Assembly: GCA_963796965.1 (NCBI GenBank)
Contig: CAWCNS010000006.1
Span: 32,001 to 96,000 of the forward strand
DNA length: 64,000 nt
Direction: 5' to 3'
Source of the DNA: Calditrichia bacterium
GTDB taxonomy: Bacteria; Calditrichota; Calditrichia; JAJRVZ01
The first letter of the stretch is position 1; every line of letters begins with the position of its first letter. The notes under the pieces were generated by a model. That model saw nothing but the letters and a program-made list of their open reading frames with translations. It searched no databases and was not told where the DNA came from. Below are positions 44,026 to 54,878 of this stretch, piece by piece. Made by a program: the position numbers and the translations under genes.

Positions 44026-45144
44026 ACCCGGCCTATCATTTAACACCAATTTTCCCTTCTCAACTGCAACACCATCAAATGGATCCTCACGGAGGAGAAG
44101 ATTCCCATCCAAATCAGCCCAGTCTATAAGGGGGGATAAATGGGCACCGGCGGATATGGCAATTGAACTTTCTATCATACAACCAAGCATTATCTTCATA
44201 TTATAGGCTCTAGCCAAATGGATCATGCGTATAGCTTCCTGAAGACCGCCTGCTTTCATTAATTTAATATTGATTCCATCATAGGCCTCAGATAATTTTG
44301 GGATATCGGCAACAGTTTTAACAGCCTCATCGGCCACAATCGGGATATCAATGCGATCCCGTAACCAGCGGGTTTCTTTAATCATGTCTGAAGGCATTGG
44401 CTGCTCAATAAATTCAATACCCTCCTTTTGTAACCACTTGATTTTTTCCAGGGCAACTTCTTTGGTTTTCCAACCTTCGTTTGCATCAACCCTGATCGGC
44501 TTATCTGTTATACTTCGAACAGCATTTATAATCTCTTCATCATTATCTTTACCGACTTTAATCTTTAGAATTGCATATTTTTCTGCTGCTTTCACTTTTC
44601 TCTTAATCACTTCAATCGTATCAATACCAATTGAATAGGAAGTGAGGGGCGTTTTGGACTTATCTAATCCCCACATTTTGTATAAGGGTACATTAAGGCT
44701 TTTACCGACCCAATCCATTACTGCAATATCCAATGCACAGCGGGCACAATTCTGATCTGTAATTCCTGCAAAAATCTTATCTTTCAAATCAACATAATGC
44801 CAGGGATCCATTTCTTCGAGTATTGGCTTCATTTGATTAATGCGATCCGTTGTTTTCTCAGCATTTTCTCCATACCGAACATTAGGCCCTGCTTCACCCA
44901 ACCCGACAATGCCATCCTTCTCAATTTTTACAAACACATTGTCTTTATAATCACTGGAATTTCTTGATATGGTCCATGTATCTTGTAAAAAGAGGCGTTT
45001 GGTTTTTACCTCGATCATAACTCCTCCGCTATTTTTGCTGGTTGTTTTTCCATTTTGTATACATGCGCTTAGTGGTAACTGGCTCAGGAGTGATGCTCCG
45101 ATCAATGATTTTCCTGAGATTTCTAAAAAATCTTTTCGTTTCAT
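44002..45144 (-). CDS. L-Ala-D/L-Glu dipeptide epimerase (enolase superfamily) with Tat-lipoprotein-like leader
   Basis: LKIKVG, RVDANEGW, IEQP, ADE, INIKLMK, GCMIE, DLDG; leader MKRKDFL...LSAC. Confidence 0.9.
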   Translation of the reverse strand: MKRKDFLEISGKSLIGASLLSQLPLSACIQNGKTTSKNSGGVMIEVKTKRLFLQDTWTISRNSSDYKDNVFVKIEKDGIVGLGEAGPNVRYGENAEKTTDRINQMKPILEEMDPWHYVDLKDKIFAGITDQNCARCALDIAVMDWVGKSLNVPLYKMWGLDKSKTPLTSYSIGIDTIEVIKRKVKAAEKYAILKIKVGKDNDEEIINAVRSITDKPIRVDANEGWKTKEVALEKIKWLQKEGIEFIEQPMPSDMIKETRWLRDRIDIPIVADEAVKTVADIPKLSEAYDGINIKLMKAGGLQEAIRMIHLARAYNMKIMLGCMIESSIAISAGAHLSPLIDWADLDGNLLLREDPFDGVAVEKGKLVLNDRPGLGVRGEF

Positions 45145-45152
45145 CCACAGCC

Positions 45153-46283
45153 TCAATCTTTTATAATTCGTTTAATTTTACGCAAAGTTTTTTTTCGATA
45201 TGCATTAAACAATTCGTCATTTTCATCCAAACTATTTATATGAACATCTCCACTTTCATGGATAAAATAGGATCCCCCAAGACAAATTCCAACATGCGTA
45301 ATACGTTCGGGCGGTCCAAAGAATATTAGATCACCGGGAAGAATATTGGAATAATCTGTATTAGGGATTATTTCTTCACCTAACTTCACTTGCATGTTGG
45401 CATCTCTTGGCAAATCATAACCCTCCGCTCTGAAGACCGTACCAGTGAATCCAGAACAATCCATTGCTTTGGTAGAATGCCCGCCCCATAAATAGGGTAT
45501 ACCCATCATTTTCTTCGCCGTTTGAATAATCGCATTACGTTTAGGTAGAACAGAATTGTCCGGTGTAACATAAGGTTTAACATGTTCTCTTGGCAGGTAA
45601 CCCCTCCGACCGTCCGATAATTCAATCTCCATCCACCGGCCAACAATAGACTTTTTTAAAAAAATCGATCCTAAAACCAGATCGGTTACTACCTGGCTTT
45701 TATCTGAAGATTCACTAAAGACCTGGTTAAAGTTAACAGTTAGACTCTGCTTGTCTGAATTATTCCACTCTTTTATGTCATTATCTGATTTTCTGGAAAG
45801 GCTACCACGTGTAATCCACCCAATATAATCATAAGGCGTCTGAACCAGATACCAGTAGCTCTCTTTTTTTAATAGTCTAACTTCTGTACCCATGATTACC
45901 TGGTCTACCATCTCTGCAGCGTGTTTCGGATATCTTCTCAAATTTCCCACACTGACCTTAACAAGAGCATGGGTCGTATCTGCAAATGACAAAAGTGGTA
46001 AAGACTGAAAGGACCAGACTAAACTTTCATCCGGAAATGTTTTCTTCGCCAATTTTTTAACTGCTTTGTAGGCACTTGGGACAGAAGTCTCACCCTCAAT
46101 ATGCCATTGACCATCAAGATACTTGGCATTTGCTGAGTATACAGTAGTACGTTTATCCGGGGCAAATTCAGATTTAATATCCTCAATTCCAACTACAAAA
46201 GCCTCCGGGGGTTCCTTTTCAAACGAACATCCGGCTATGAACACAATTAATACGATCAAGATGAATGTAATATTTTTCTGCAT
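45153..46283 (-). CDS. SH3 plus NlpC/P60 gamma-D-glutamyl endopeptidase lipoprotein (YkfC-like)
   Basis: Lipobox IAGC; PYLWGG, DCSG, LPRDA, PGDLIFF, HVG, FIH. Confidence 0.9.
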   Translation of the reverse strand: MQKNITFILIVLIVFIAGCSFEKEPPEAFVVGIEDIKSEFAPDKRTTVYSANAKYLDGQWHIEGETSVPSAYKAVKKLAKKTFPDESLVWSFQSLPLLSFADTTHALVKVSVGNLRRYPKHAAEMVDQVIMGTEVRLLKKESYWYLVQTPYDYIGWITRGSLSRKSDNDIKEWNNSDKQSLTVNFNQVFSESSDKSQVVTDLVLGSIFLKKSIVGRWMEIELSDGRRGYLPREHVKPYVTPDNSVLPKRNAIIQTAKKMMGIPYLWGGHSTKAMDCSGFTGTVFRAEGYDLPRDANMQVKLGEEIIPNTDYSNILPGDLIFFGPPERITHVGICLGGSYFIHESGDVHINSLDENDELFNAYRKKTLRKIKRIIKD

Positions 46284-46551
46284 CTCTATTTTCCCTTAAT
46301 AATCAGAAGAACCAATGGCTTTGAAAAAGATACCAGCAGGTGTTAGTATCTCTATATAAACTCAGTTGATTTTTTTTTGAATAAGACTCCCTGGAAGAAA
46401 ACGAAATTTAATTAAACCGTCTATACATAACAATATAAATTCACTCTGATTTTGCAAAAGAAAGTTAGGGATTTGTGAGTACCCTTAGATTTTGGTTTAA
46501 ATTGACTCAATGGTTGATTAAAAAATTTATCCAATCCTTATATATCAGCTG

Positions 46552-46582
46552 ATTTTGTATTTTGTATTTTGTATTTTGTATT
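46552..46582. repeat. Heptamer tandem repeat (ATTTTGT)x4
   Basis: attttgt attttgt attttgt attttgt att upstream of the cco cluster. Confidence 0.75.
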
Positions 46583-46615
46583 CTAAAAAAATCTCTCATT
46601 ATACCAAACAATTTT

Positions 46616-47326
46616 ATGGGCATTGATTTTATAGCGATTTTTTTAATTGGTTTTCTCGGCGGATTTGGTCACTGCATTGGTATGTGTGGCGGAATTGTAT
46701 TAACCTACACATTGAAAGTTGACGAAAACGACCCTCCTCTTCGTCCCACCAAATGGCAGACTCTTAAACCACAATTACTCTATAATTTAGGACGTGTGTT
46801 GACCTATACATTTTTGGGACAGATTTTTGGTTTAATTGGAAGCACCATTGGAATTGTCTTTGCCATAAGGGATTTTCAGGGTGTATTGCAGATATTTGCC
46901 GGCACTATTATGATACTCATGGGAATTGAACTCGCCGGATTTATTCCTTCTATGTCACCCGATACCTTTCCGGGAGTCAATAAATTTAAAAAGATGGTCA
47001 CCAGCCTATTTAATCAGGTCAATAGGAGCAATACAATTATTCTGGGTCTCGTTTTGGGATTTTTGCCTTGTGGTTTAGTATATGCTGCCGGTGCAAAAGC
47101 AGCAGCAACACAAAGTGTGTTTGGCGGTATGATCACGATGCTCCTTTTTGGCCTTGGCACTTTTCCTGCTATGGTGATTACAGGATTGACCGCTCATCTT
47201 ATTTCAAACAAACTGCGTCGCCAATTTTACCGTCTTGCGGCAATCATGGTTATTATACTTGGGATTTTAGCCCTGCTTCGGGGAGTTGATGCGCTAGGCT
47301 GGTATCGATTCCATTGGCTTTTCTAA
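46616..47326 (+). CDS. DsbD_2/TauE-SafE-like membrane protein (cbb3 oxidase accessory)
   Basis: HCIGMCGG, YNLGR, GFLPCGLVY, FGLGT. Confidence 0.88.
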   Translation: MGIDFIAIFLIGFLGGFGHCIGMCGGIVLTYTLKVDENDPPLRPTKWQTLKPQLLYNLGRVLTYTFLGQIFGLIGSTIGIVFAIRDFQGVLQIFAGTIMILMGIELAGFIPSMSPDTFPGVNKFKKMVTSLFNQVNRSNTIILGLVLGFLPCGLVYAAGAKAAATQSVFGGMITMLLFGLGTFPAMVITGLTAHLISNKLRRQFYRLAAIMVIILGILALLRGVDALGWYRFHWLF

Positions 47327-47417
47327 GGTGTTTTTTTTAAATTTTTTTTAACTTTCTATAACCAGAATACTTCAGATCGCTTTTTTAGTAATATTTAGAA
47401 ATAGCTATATATATCAT

Positions 47418-49859
47418 ATGAGTCGTATACAAAAAATTAATACCGATCCAACTATCAATTGTTACCATTGTGGAGATTTATGTCCAAATTCTGAAGTAAT
47501 GATTGGGGAAAAATATTTTTGTTGCAATGGTTGTAAACTTGTTTATCAATTGTTAGAAGACAAAGATCTTTGTGCCTATTATTCTCTTACCCAAACCCCA
47601 GGCACTTCCCCTCCGGAGGCAGGTCTCCAATCCAAATACAGTTATCTTGAAGATGAGACAGTAAGACAGCAGATTTTAAATTACCGCGATGATAATCTCA
47701 GTAAAGTATCATTTAAAATCCCCTCGATACATTGTAGTTCTTGTATCTGGTTGCTTGAAAATTTATACCGCGTAGATCCGGGTGTGATAGAGTCCAAAGT
47801 GAATTTTCTCCGCAAAGAGCTAACTATATCTTTTTCGGAAAAGAAAACAAGTTTAAGAAAATTAGTAGAGACACTTGTCTCCATAGGTTATGAACCAGAA
47901 ATCAATCTGGCTAGTTTACAAAAACAAGTTCAGAAAAATACCGATAAAGAACTTTATCTGCAGATTGGCGTCGCTGGATTTGCTTTCGGGAATATTATGT
48001 TACTGAGTTTTCCTGAATATCTGGCAATAGATGAAAAAATCGGCCAGGAATTTTTATCCTTCTTTGGCTACATAAGCATATTTTTGGCCTTACCGGTTTT
48101 ACTATATAGCGCAATGGGCTATTTTAAATCGGCTTTTAATAGCCTGATTCAATTTTCAATAAATATGGATGTTCCCATTTCTCTGGGCATCATCACTCTC
48201 TTCCTTCGTAGTTTCTATCATGTGGTGGCAGGAGAAGGTACCGGTTATATGGACTCGTTTACGGCGCTCGTTTTTCTATTATTGATTGGCAAACTATTTC
48301 AAAAGAAAACCTATGACGCTCTCTCATTTGACAGGGATTATCGCTCCTACTTTCCCTTATCTGTAACCCGGAGAGAGAATAATGAAGAAGTCGGCATTCC
48401 TCTTGAGATGATAGCGCTGCGTGACCGGATATTATTGAGCAACAATGAATTAATTCCGGCGGATGCTGTCTTAATTAAAGGTCCGGCATTGATAGATTAT
48501 AGTTTTGTTACAGGCGAATCTGCACCGGTAAAAAAAATATCAGGGGATATGCTTTATGCGGGTGGAAAACACATTGGACCTCAGATTGAAATAGAGATAA
48601 TTAAAGAGGTCTCTCAGAGTTACCTGACGCAATTATGGAATGATGATGCATTTAGTAAGCCAAATGAGGAAGGGAACTTCACTTCTTTAGCTAATACAGT
48701 AAGTAAATATTTTACCTTCACGGTACTGTTAGTGGCTACCTTGTCAGCCTTTTATTGGCTTCCGGGAAATATTACATTGGCCATGAATGCTTTTACTGCT
48801 GTGCTGATAGTTGCCTGTCCTTGTGCACTTGCCTTATCAACACCCTTTACTCTGGGAAATACGCTTCGAATCTTTGGAAAAAACAATTTCTACTTAAAAA
48901 ATGTATCTGTAATTGAATCCCTGGCTAAAATCAGCACAATTATTTTTGATAAAACAGGAACATTGACCCGCTCTACAGGAAAATTGACAAAATTTATTCC
49001 CGCGCAGGAATTCAATAACCAGTTGGATGAAGAAGAGATTCTTTCACTCCGTTCCCTGGTAAAACAATCAAATCACCCCCTCAGCCGGCGGATATACTCT
49101 GAGTTAAAAACCGGCACTACCATCGCTATACATAATTTTCGTGAGTATGCCGGAAAAGGACTATCGGGGAAAATTCAGAATAAAATAATCAAAATTGGTT
49201 CTTCTGATTACATAAAAACAGCCGAAATAATTAATTCTGAGCAAACTGCTTCAAAGGTGCTTTTAGAGATAAATGGAAAATATCGTGGTCATTTTTTACT
49301 TCCAAATCAGTATCGCAAAGGGATATGGAAAATGATTGCAGATCTCTCCCATCATTATAAAACCTATCTTCTATCAGGCGACAATGAAGGGGAAAAAGAT
49401 AACCTTGCTCCCATCTTTAATGATAAACAAAAACTCCTTTTTAACCAATCACCACATGATAAACTAAACTTCATAAAAGAATTACAGAATAGTTCTGAAA
49501 AGATAATGATGATCGGGGATGGCTTAAATGATGCGGGAGCCCTAAAACAAAGTGATGTGGGTGTGTCTGTTTCCGAAAACATTAACGCGTTTACACCGGC
49601 TTCAGATGGAATTATAAATGCAGATCAACTAAAAATTTTACCGAAATTTTTGAAATTTTCTAAAGTCAGTATTAGGATTATAATTCTAAGTTTTTTAATT
49701 TCTTTTTTATATAATATTATTGGATTATTTTTCGCTGTTCAAGGAACCCTTTCACCCCTCATCGCAGCCATATTAATGCCGGCAAGTTCTCTAACTGTAG
49801 TGCTTTTTACCATAGGCACCACGACCTTGTGGGGGAAAAGAATGGGTTTTCGCTCCTAA
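47418..49859 (+). CDS. ccoI: Copper P1B-ATPase CcoI/FixI
   Basis: CYHCG/CCNGC, HCSSC, TGES, CPC, DKTGT, GDGLND. Confidence 0.93.
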   Translation: MSRIQKINTDPTINCYHCGDLCPNSEVMIGEKYFCCNGCKLVYQLLEDKDLCAYYSLTQTPGTSPPEAGLQSKYSYLEDETVRQQILNYRDDNLSKVSFKIPSIHCSSCIWLLENLYRVDPGVIESKVNFLRKELTISFSEKKTSLRKLVETLVSIGYEPEINLASLQKQVQKNTDKELYLQIGVAGFAFGNIMLLSFPEYLAIDEKIGQEFLSFFGYISIFLALPVLLYSAMGYFKSAFNSLIQFSINMDVPISLGIITLFLRSFYHVVAGEGTGYMDSFTALVFLLLIGKLFQKKTYDALSFDRDYRSYFPLSVTRRENNEEVGIPLEMIALRDRILLSNNELIPADAVLIKGPALIDYSFVTGESAPVKKISGDMLYAGGKHIGPQIEIEIIKEVSQSYLTQLWNDDAFSKPNEEGNFTSLANTVSKYFTFTVLLVATLSAFYWLPGNITLAMNAFTAVLIVACPCALALSTPFTLGNTLRIFGKNNFYLKNVSVIESLAKISTIIFDKTGTLTRSTGKLTKFIPAQEFNNQLDEEEILSLRSLVKQSNHPLSRRIYSELKTGTTIAIHNFREYAGKGLSGKIQNKIIKIGSSDYIKTAEIINSEQTASKVLLEINGKYRGHFLLPNQYRKGIWKMIADLSHHYKTYLLSGDNEGEKDNLAPIFNDKQKLLFNQSPHDKLNFIKELQNSSEKIMMIGDGLNDAGALKQSDVGVSVSENINAFTPASDGIINADQLKILPKFLKFSKVSIRIIILSFLISFLYNIIGLFFAVQGTLSPLIAAILMPASSLTVVLFTIGTTTLWGKRMGFRS

Positions 49860-49888
49860 TCAGCCAGCAAAAACGGGGGGATCTTTAA

Positions 49889-50077
49889 ATGAGTGCCATG
49901 TTTTTCTTGGTTTTGGCCAGTTTACTTGTGGCTGTTGGCTTCCTTCTTGCTTTTCTTTGGGCTGTAAAAAGCGGACAATTTGAGGACAAATACACTCCAA
50001 AAATTAGAATTCTGTTTGATGACAACAAAAATTCTACTCAGAATGAACTAAATCTCAGTAAAGACAAGGAGAATTAG
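49889..50077 (+). CDS. ccoS: cbb3 oxidase maturation protein CcoS
   Basis: FLWAVKSGQFED...RILFDD. Confidence 0.92.
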   Translation: MSAMFFLVLASLLVAVGFLLAFLWAVKSGQFEDKYTPKIRILFDDNKNSTQNELNLSKDKEN

Positions 50078-50080
50078 TAA

Positions 50081-52213
50081 ATGGCTACAGTTGATATATT
50101 TAATTATGATAACAAAATCGTTCGGAATTTTGCATTCGCCACTTCTCTGTGGAGTCTTGTTGGAATCCTTGTAGGTGTCATTATCGCTTTCCAAATGTTT
50201 TTGCCCAGTTTAAATTTTGGGATACCCTATATAACATTTAGCAGACTACGTCCGCTTCATACGAATGCGGTTATATTTGCTTTTGTTGGTAATGGCATAT
50301 TTATGGGTGTTTATTACTCTCTACAACGTCTCTGCAAAGCCCGCATGTTTAGTGATCTATTAAGTAACATTCATTTCTGGGGATGGCAGTTAATAATTGT
50401 TTCAGCTGCACTTACCATTCCAACTGGCTTTACTACTGGTAAGGAATATGCCGAATTGGAATGGCCGATTGATCTGGCCATTGCTGTGGTTTGGGTGACG
50501 TTTGGTATCAACATGATTGGTACTATCATGAAACGTCGCGAAAGACATATGTATGTTGCTATTTGGTTTTATCTGGCTACTTTTTTTACAGTAACAATCC
50601 TGCATGTAGTAAATTCTATTGAGATTCCGGTAAGTTTTCTTAAAAGCTACCCAATATATGCCGGTGTACAAGATGCATTGGTTCAATGGTGGTATGGCCA
50701 TAATGCTGTCGCCTTCTTTTTAACAACTCCATACTTGGGACTGATGTATTACTTTTTACCGAAGGCTGCCAATCGTCCCATTTATTCTTATCGCTTATCA
50801 ATCGTACACTTCTGGGCTCTGATTTTTATCTATATATGGGCAGGACCCCATCACCTCCTTTACACCGCCCTGCCTGATTGGGCTCAATCTTTGGGTACCG
50901 TGTTTTCAATTATGCTCATTGCTCCTTCCTGGGGTGGCATGCTAAATGGATTGCTCACATTGCGAGGTGCGTGGGATCGTGTACGGGAAGATCCTATTCT
51001 TAAATTTATGGTCGTCGCAGTCACAGCCTATGGCATGGCGACATTTGAAGGTCCACTACTCTCTATCAAAAGTATAAATGCCCTCTCACATTATACTGAT
51101 TGGACCATTGCCCATGTTCATATCGGTGCGCTCGGATGGAACGGCTTATTAACTTTTGGCATTCTGTACTGGCTTATTCCAAAACTCTATAACACAAAGT
51201 TATTTTCGGTCAAACTTGCCAATCTTCATTTCTGGATCGCTACTCTTGGTATGATTTTTTATGCAATCCCGCTATATTGGGCTGGTATTACACAAGGATT
51301 GATGTGGAAAGAATTTACTGCTGAAGGATATCTGCAATATCCTCTGTTTCTTGAAACCGTGCTACAAATTGTACCCATGTATATCATCAGGGCATTAGGA
51401 GGAACTCTTTATCTTTCTGGTATAATTTTTATGTTCTACAATTTAACAAAAACTGTCAAAAGTGGATCATTGGTTGCCAATGAAGAAGCCCAGGCCTTGC
51501 CTTTAAATGCTCAAGCGGAACATGTAGAAGGTAAAACTTATTTTCATCGTTGGATTGAAAGACGCCCGGTTCAATTTATCATTGCCACAGTTGTTGCTGT
51601 TTTGATAGGTGGATTAGTTGAAATTATTCCAACTTTTCTGATCAAATCAAATATACCGACTATTTCCAGTGTAAAACCCTATACCCCATTAGAACTGGAA
51701 GGGCGGGATATTTATGTTCGTGAAGGCTGCTATACATGCCACTCCCAAATGATACGACCCTTTCGATCAGAAACAGAACGATACGGCGAATACTCTAAAG
51801 CCGGAGAATTTGTTTATGATCATCCATTTCAATGGGGTTCTAAACGGACCGGGCCGGATTTACATCGAATAGGAGGAAAATATCCAGATGCCTGGCATTA
51901 TAATCACATGCTCGAGCCGGCATCTATGTCACCCGGATCCCTAATGCCTCCTTACCCTTGGTTAATCGAGGATCGTTTAAATACATCAGATACAGAGGAC
52001 AAAATTAGGGTTATGCAAACACTTGGTGTGCCCTACCCAGATGGCTATGATAAATATGCACTTGAAGATTTGCAACAGCAGGCCAGTGAAATTACAGTCC
52101 GCTTAAAAGAATCTGGAATCGAAACAAGCCCCGATAAGGAGATTATTGCCCTAATCGCCTACTTACAACGATTGGGTATTGATATTAAGGGCGAGAGCGC
52201 GTCTGGTATGTAA
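50081..52213 (+). CDS. ccoN: cbb3-type cytochrome c oxidase, fused subunits I/II (CcoNO)
   Basis: RLRPLHT, QWWYGHN, GPHHL, HVH; C-terminal EGCYTCHSQMIRP, WGSKRTGPDL. Confidence 0.96.
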   Translation: MATVDIFNYDNKIVRNFAFATSLWSLVGILVGVIIAFQMFLPSLNFGIPYITFSRLRPLHTNAVIFAFVGNGIFMGVYYSLQRLCKARMFSDLLSNIHFWGWQLIIVSAALTIPTGFTTGKEYAELEWPIDLAIAVVWVTFGINMIGTIMKRRERHMYVAIWFYLATFFTVTILHVVNSIEIPVSFLKSYPIYAGVQDALVQWWYGHNAVAFFLTTPYLGLMYYFLPKAANRPIYSYRLSIVHFWALIFIYIWAGPHHLLYTALPDWAQSLGTVFSIMLIAPSWGGMLNGLLTLRGAWDRVREDPILKFMVVAVTAYGMATFEGPLLSIKSINALSHYTDWTIAHVHIGALGWNGLLTFGILYWLIPKLYNTKLFSVKLANLHFWIATLGMIFYAIPLYWAGITQGLMWKEFTAEGYLQYPLFLETVLQIVPMYIIRALGGTLYLSGIIFMFYNLTKTVKSGSLVANEEAQALPLNAQAEHVEGKTYFHRWIERRPVQFIIATVVAVLIGGLVEIIPTFLIKSNIPTISSVKPYTPLELEGRDIYVREGCYTCHSQMIRPFRSETERYGEYSKAGEFVYDHPFQWGSKRTGPDLHRIGGKYPDAWHYNHMLEPASMSPGSLMPPYPWLIEDRLNTSDTEDKIRVMQTLGVPYPDGYDKYALEDLQQQASEITVRLKESGIETSPDKEIIALIAYLQRLGIDIKGESASGM

Positions 52214-52243
52214 GACAGTTGAGTCAGAATGTGAGAGAATTAA

Positions 52244-52399
52244 ATGTTTAAAGAATTACTCAGATCAATTGCCGGAATAGAATTTTTTGGCCTTGTTGCG
52301 ATGCTAATCTTTTTATTTATTTTTATCCTGGTCATTTTTTGGACTTCAAAAATAGACAAGAGTTACAGAAACAAAATGAAAAATTTGCCACTGGACTGA
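52244..52399 (+). CDS. ccoQ: cbb3 oxidase subunit CcoQ
   Basis: Not in ORF track; MFKELLRSIAGIEFFGLVAMLIFLFIFILVIFWTSKIDKSYRNKMKNLPLD between ccoNO and ccoP. Confidence 0.85.
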   Translation: MFKELLRSIAGIEFFGLVAMLIFLFIFILVIFWTSKIDKSYRNKMKNLPLD

Positions 52400-52424
52400 T
52401 CCAATTTGAACGGAGATATTAATC

Positions 52425-53267
52425 ATGGCTAAAACCAAAGAAAAAGATGTTTTATTGGACCATAATTATGATGGTATCCAGGAGCTTGATAACGATCTAC
52501 CCCCATGGTGGCTTTGGATGTTTTATATTTCCATCATATGGGGTGTCCTTTATATGATCCATTATCATGTCATTGGTACAGGTGATCTATCAGCTGTAGA
52601 ATATGAGAAAGAAATAAATCCTCAATGGGTAGTGACAACATCAGGCAGTGATTTTTCTATTGGCTACAAATCACCTTTTTATAAAACAGGAGAAGACCTT
52701 ACACCACTCGCACGTGTACAGATAGCGTTGGCCCAGGAGAAAGAATCAGCACTTCTTGCCGCCCAAAATATGGACGCAGCAGGGGCCATTAATTTAGAGG
52801 ACATAGGTTTTAATGATATTATTCTGGCAGCAATGCGTGTAGCAGGTCCAGCGGAACTGGAAAAACTGCAAAATGCTTTCCCTGATATTTATGCTACTCA
52901 TATAGCAGGCAGCTCTGGTACATCTGCAGCAGCTTCTGCAGAGCAGGTTGAAGCAATTGAACCATTAACCGATGCAGCCAGTTTGTCTGCCGGGGAAGCC
53001 GCATTTATTACAAATTGTGCAACTTGTCATGGAAAACTAGGCGAAGGGGGTATTGGGCCGAATATGACAGATGACTATTTTATTCATGGACCAAGCATGA
53101 ATGATATGATCAAGGTAATAAATACAGGTGTACCGGCAAAAGGTATGATCTCATGGCGTGGGATTCTAAATGAGGACCAGATTAAACAAGTTGCCAGCTA
53201 TCTCATAACTTTAAAGGGTACGAATCCTCCCAATGCCAAAGCCCCTCAGGGCAATAAAGCAGAATAA
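52425..53267 (+). CDS. ccoP: cbb3 oxidase subunit III CcoP (single heme motif)
   Basis: HNYDGIQELDNDLPPWW; one CATCH; GPNMTD; KGMISW. Confidence 0.92.
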   Translation: MAKTKEKDVLLDHNYDGIQELDNDLPPWWLWMFYISIIWGVLYMIHYHVIGTGDLSAVEYEKEINPQWVVTTSGSDFSIGYKSPFYKTGEDLTPLARVQIALAQEKESALLAAQNMDAAGAINLEDIGFNDIILAAMRVAGPAELEKLQNAFPDIYATHIAGSSGTSAAASAEQVEAIEPLTDAASLSAGEAAFITNCATCHGKLGEGGIGPNMTDDYFIHGPSMNDMIKVINTGVPAKGMISWRGILNEDQIKQVASYLITLKGTNPPNAKAPQGNKAE

Positions 53268-53436
53268 TCGTTAGGATTATTTATTATAATATTGCGCTGT
53301 TTGTCTAAATTTTTACTAATAAATAGATTGTTTTTCTCGCAGAGAGACATGAGTTGTCAAGCATCTCAATTTTTTTATTCACCCGGCCCCGTCTACATAA
53401 TTAGTATTGAATAGATGAGGACAGATAAGACTAAAA

Positions 53437-54841
53437 ATGAATCAGATACAAAAAGACACCGAAGCTTACCGGGATAAAGTTGCTACAGTAGATGAATCTG
53501 GAAAGCGGATTTGGATCTACCCCAAAAAACCAAAAGGCAGGCTTACGCGGGCACGTGAAATTGTTGCTGCTTTTCTTCTCCTTTTTTTATTTTTAGCCCC
53601 TTTCATAAAAATTAATGGTCAACAGACTCCTTCTATTTGATATTATCAATAGAAAGTTTATCATATTTGGATTGGTATTCTGGCCTCAGGATTTTCATTT
53701 ATTCGTTCTTGCCACAATTTCCATGGTTGTATTTATCGTGCTTTTTACTGTTTCCTTAGGCCGCTTATGGTGTGGATGGGCCTGTCCACAGACGATTTTC
53801 ATGGAGATGGTCTTCCGCAAAATTGAGTTCTGGATTGAAGGTGATGCACGCAAACAAATTGCATTAAAGAAGGCTCCCTGGACGGGACAAAAAATTTTCA
53901 AAAAGACACTAAAACATTTTATATTCTATGGTATCTCTTTTCTTATTGGAAATACTTTCCTTGCCTATATCATTGGTGCTGACGCGCTATTTAAAATTAT
54001 GACTGATCCACCTGCGGAGCATTTAGCGGGTCTTTTGGCTATGATAATTTTTAGTACAGTCTTTTATGGCGTTTTCGCCTTCTTTAGAGAACAAGTTTGT
54101 ACCATGGTTTGCCCCTATGGTCGACTGCAGGGCGTTTTACTCGATCCAAATTCAATTGTGGTAGCCTATGACTTTAAGCGTGGTGAACCGCGCGGTCGAT
54201 TTAAGAAACAGCAAAAAAGAACGGAAAATGGGGATTGTGTCGATTGTCACCAATGCGTCGAGGTATGCCCAACAGGTATTGATATAAGAAATGGGACACA
54301 GTTGGAATGCATCAATTGTACGGCATGTATAGACGCCTGTAACACCGTAATGTCAAAATTGAATTGGCCAAGCGGTCTTATCCGTTATGCCTCCTTCAAT
54401 GGGATTGATCAAGGAACCAAACTTAGAATAACGCCACGTATCGTGGGATATTCAACCATATTGCTAATTCTTATATTCGTCACCGGATTTTTTCTCTTAA
54501 GCCGTACGGATGTGGAAACTACTATTTTGCGTACACCCGGACTTATGTATCAGGAGACTGAAAATGGAAAAATTTCCAATCTGTATAATTTAAAAATCAT
54601 CAACAAAACCCATGAGTCCAAGTCAATTGAATTACGTCTTAAGTCTCCAAAAGGAGAGATAAAGATTGTTGGTGGTCCATTATTGGTTCCGGATAGTGGT
54701 ATGTTTGAATCGGCTTTTTTTGTGGAAATACCAACGAATAATATTAAATTTTCTCCTATTCCACTCTATATTGAAATTTTTTCCGGTAATGAATTGTTAG
54801 ATGAGGTTAGATCTTCATTCATTGGACCGATAGGGAAATAA
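53437..54841 (+). CDS. ccoG: CcoG/FixG polyferredoxin (+1 frameshift near 53626)
   Basis: GRLWCGWACPQT, CPYGRLQ, CVDCHQCVEVCP, CINCTACIDAC. Confidence 0.93.
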
Positions 54842-54878
54842 GCCGGGTATTGAGTACCAAGAACCGGGAATCAAAACA

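Noticed and set aside
46300..46615. FNR/Anr box upstream of the cco cluster
   Set aside because: No convincing TTGAT-N4-ATCAA found
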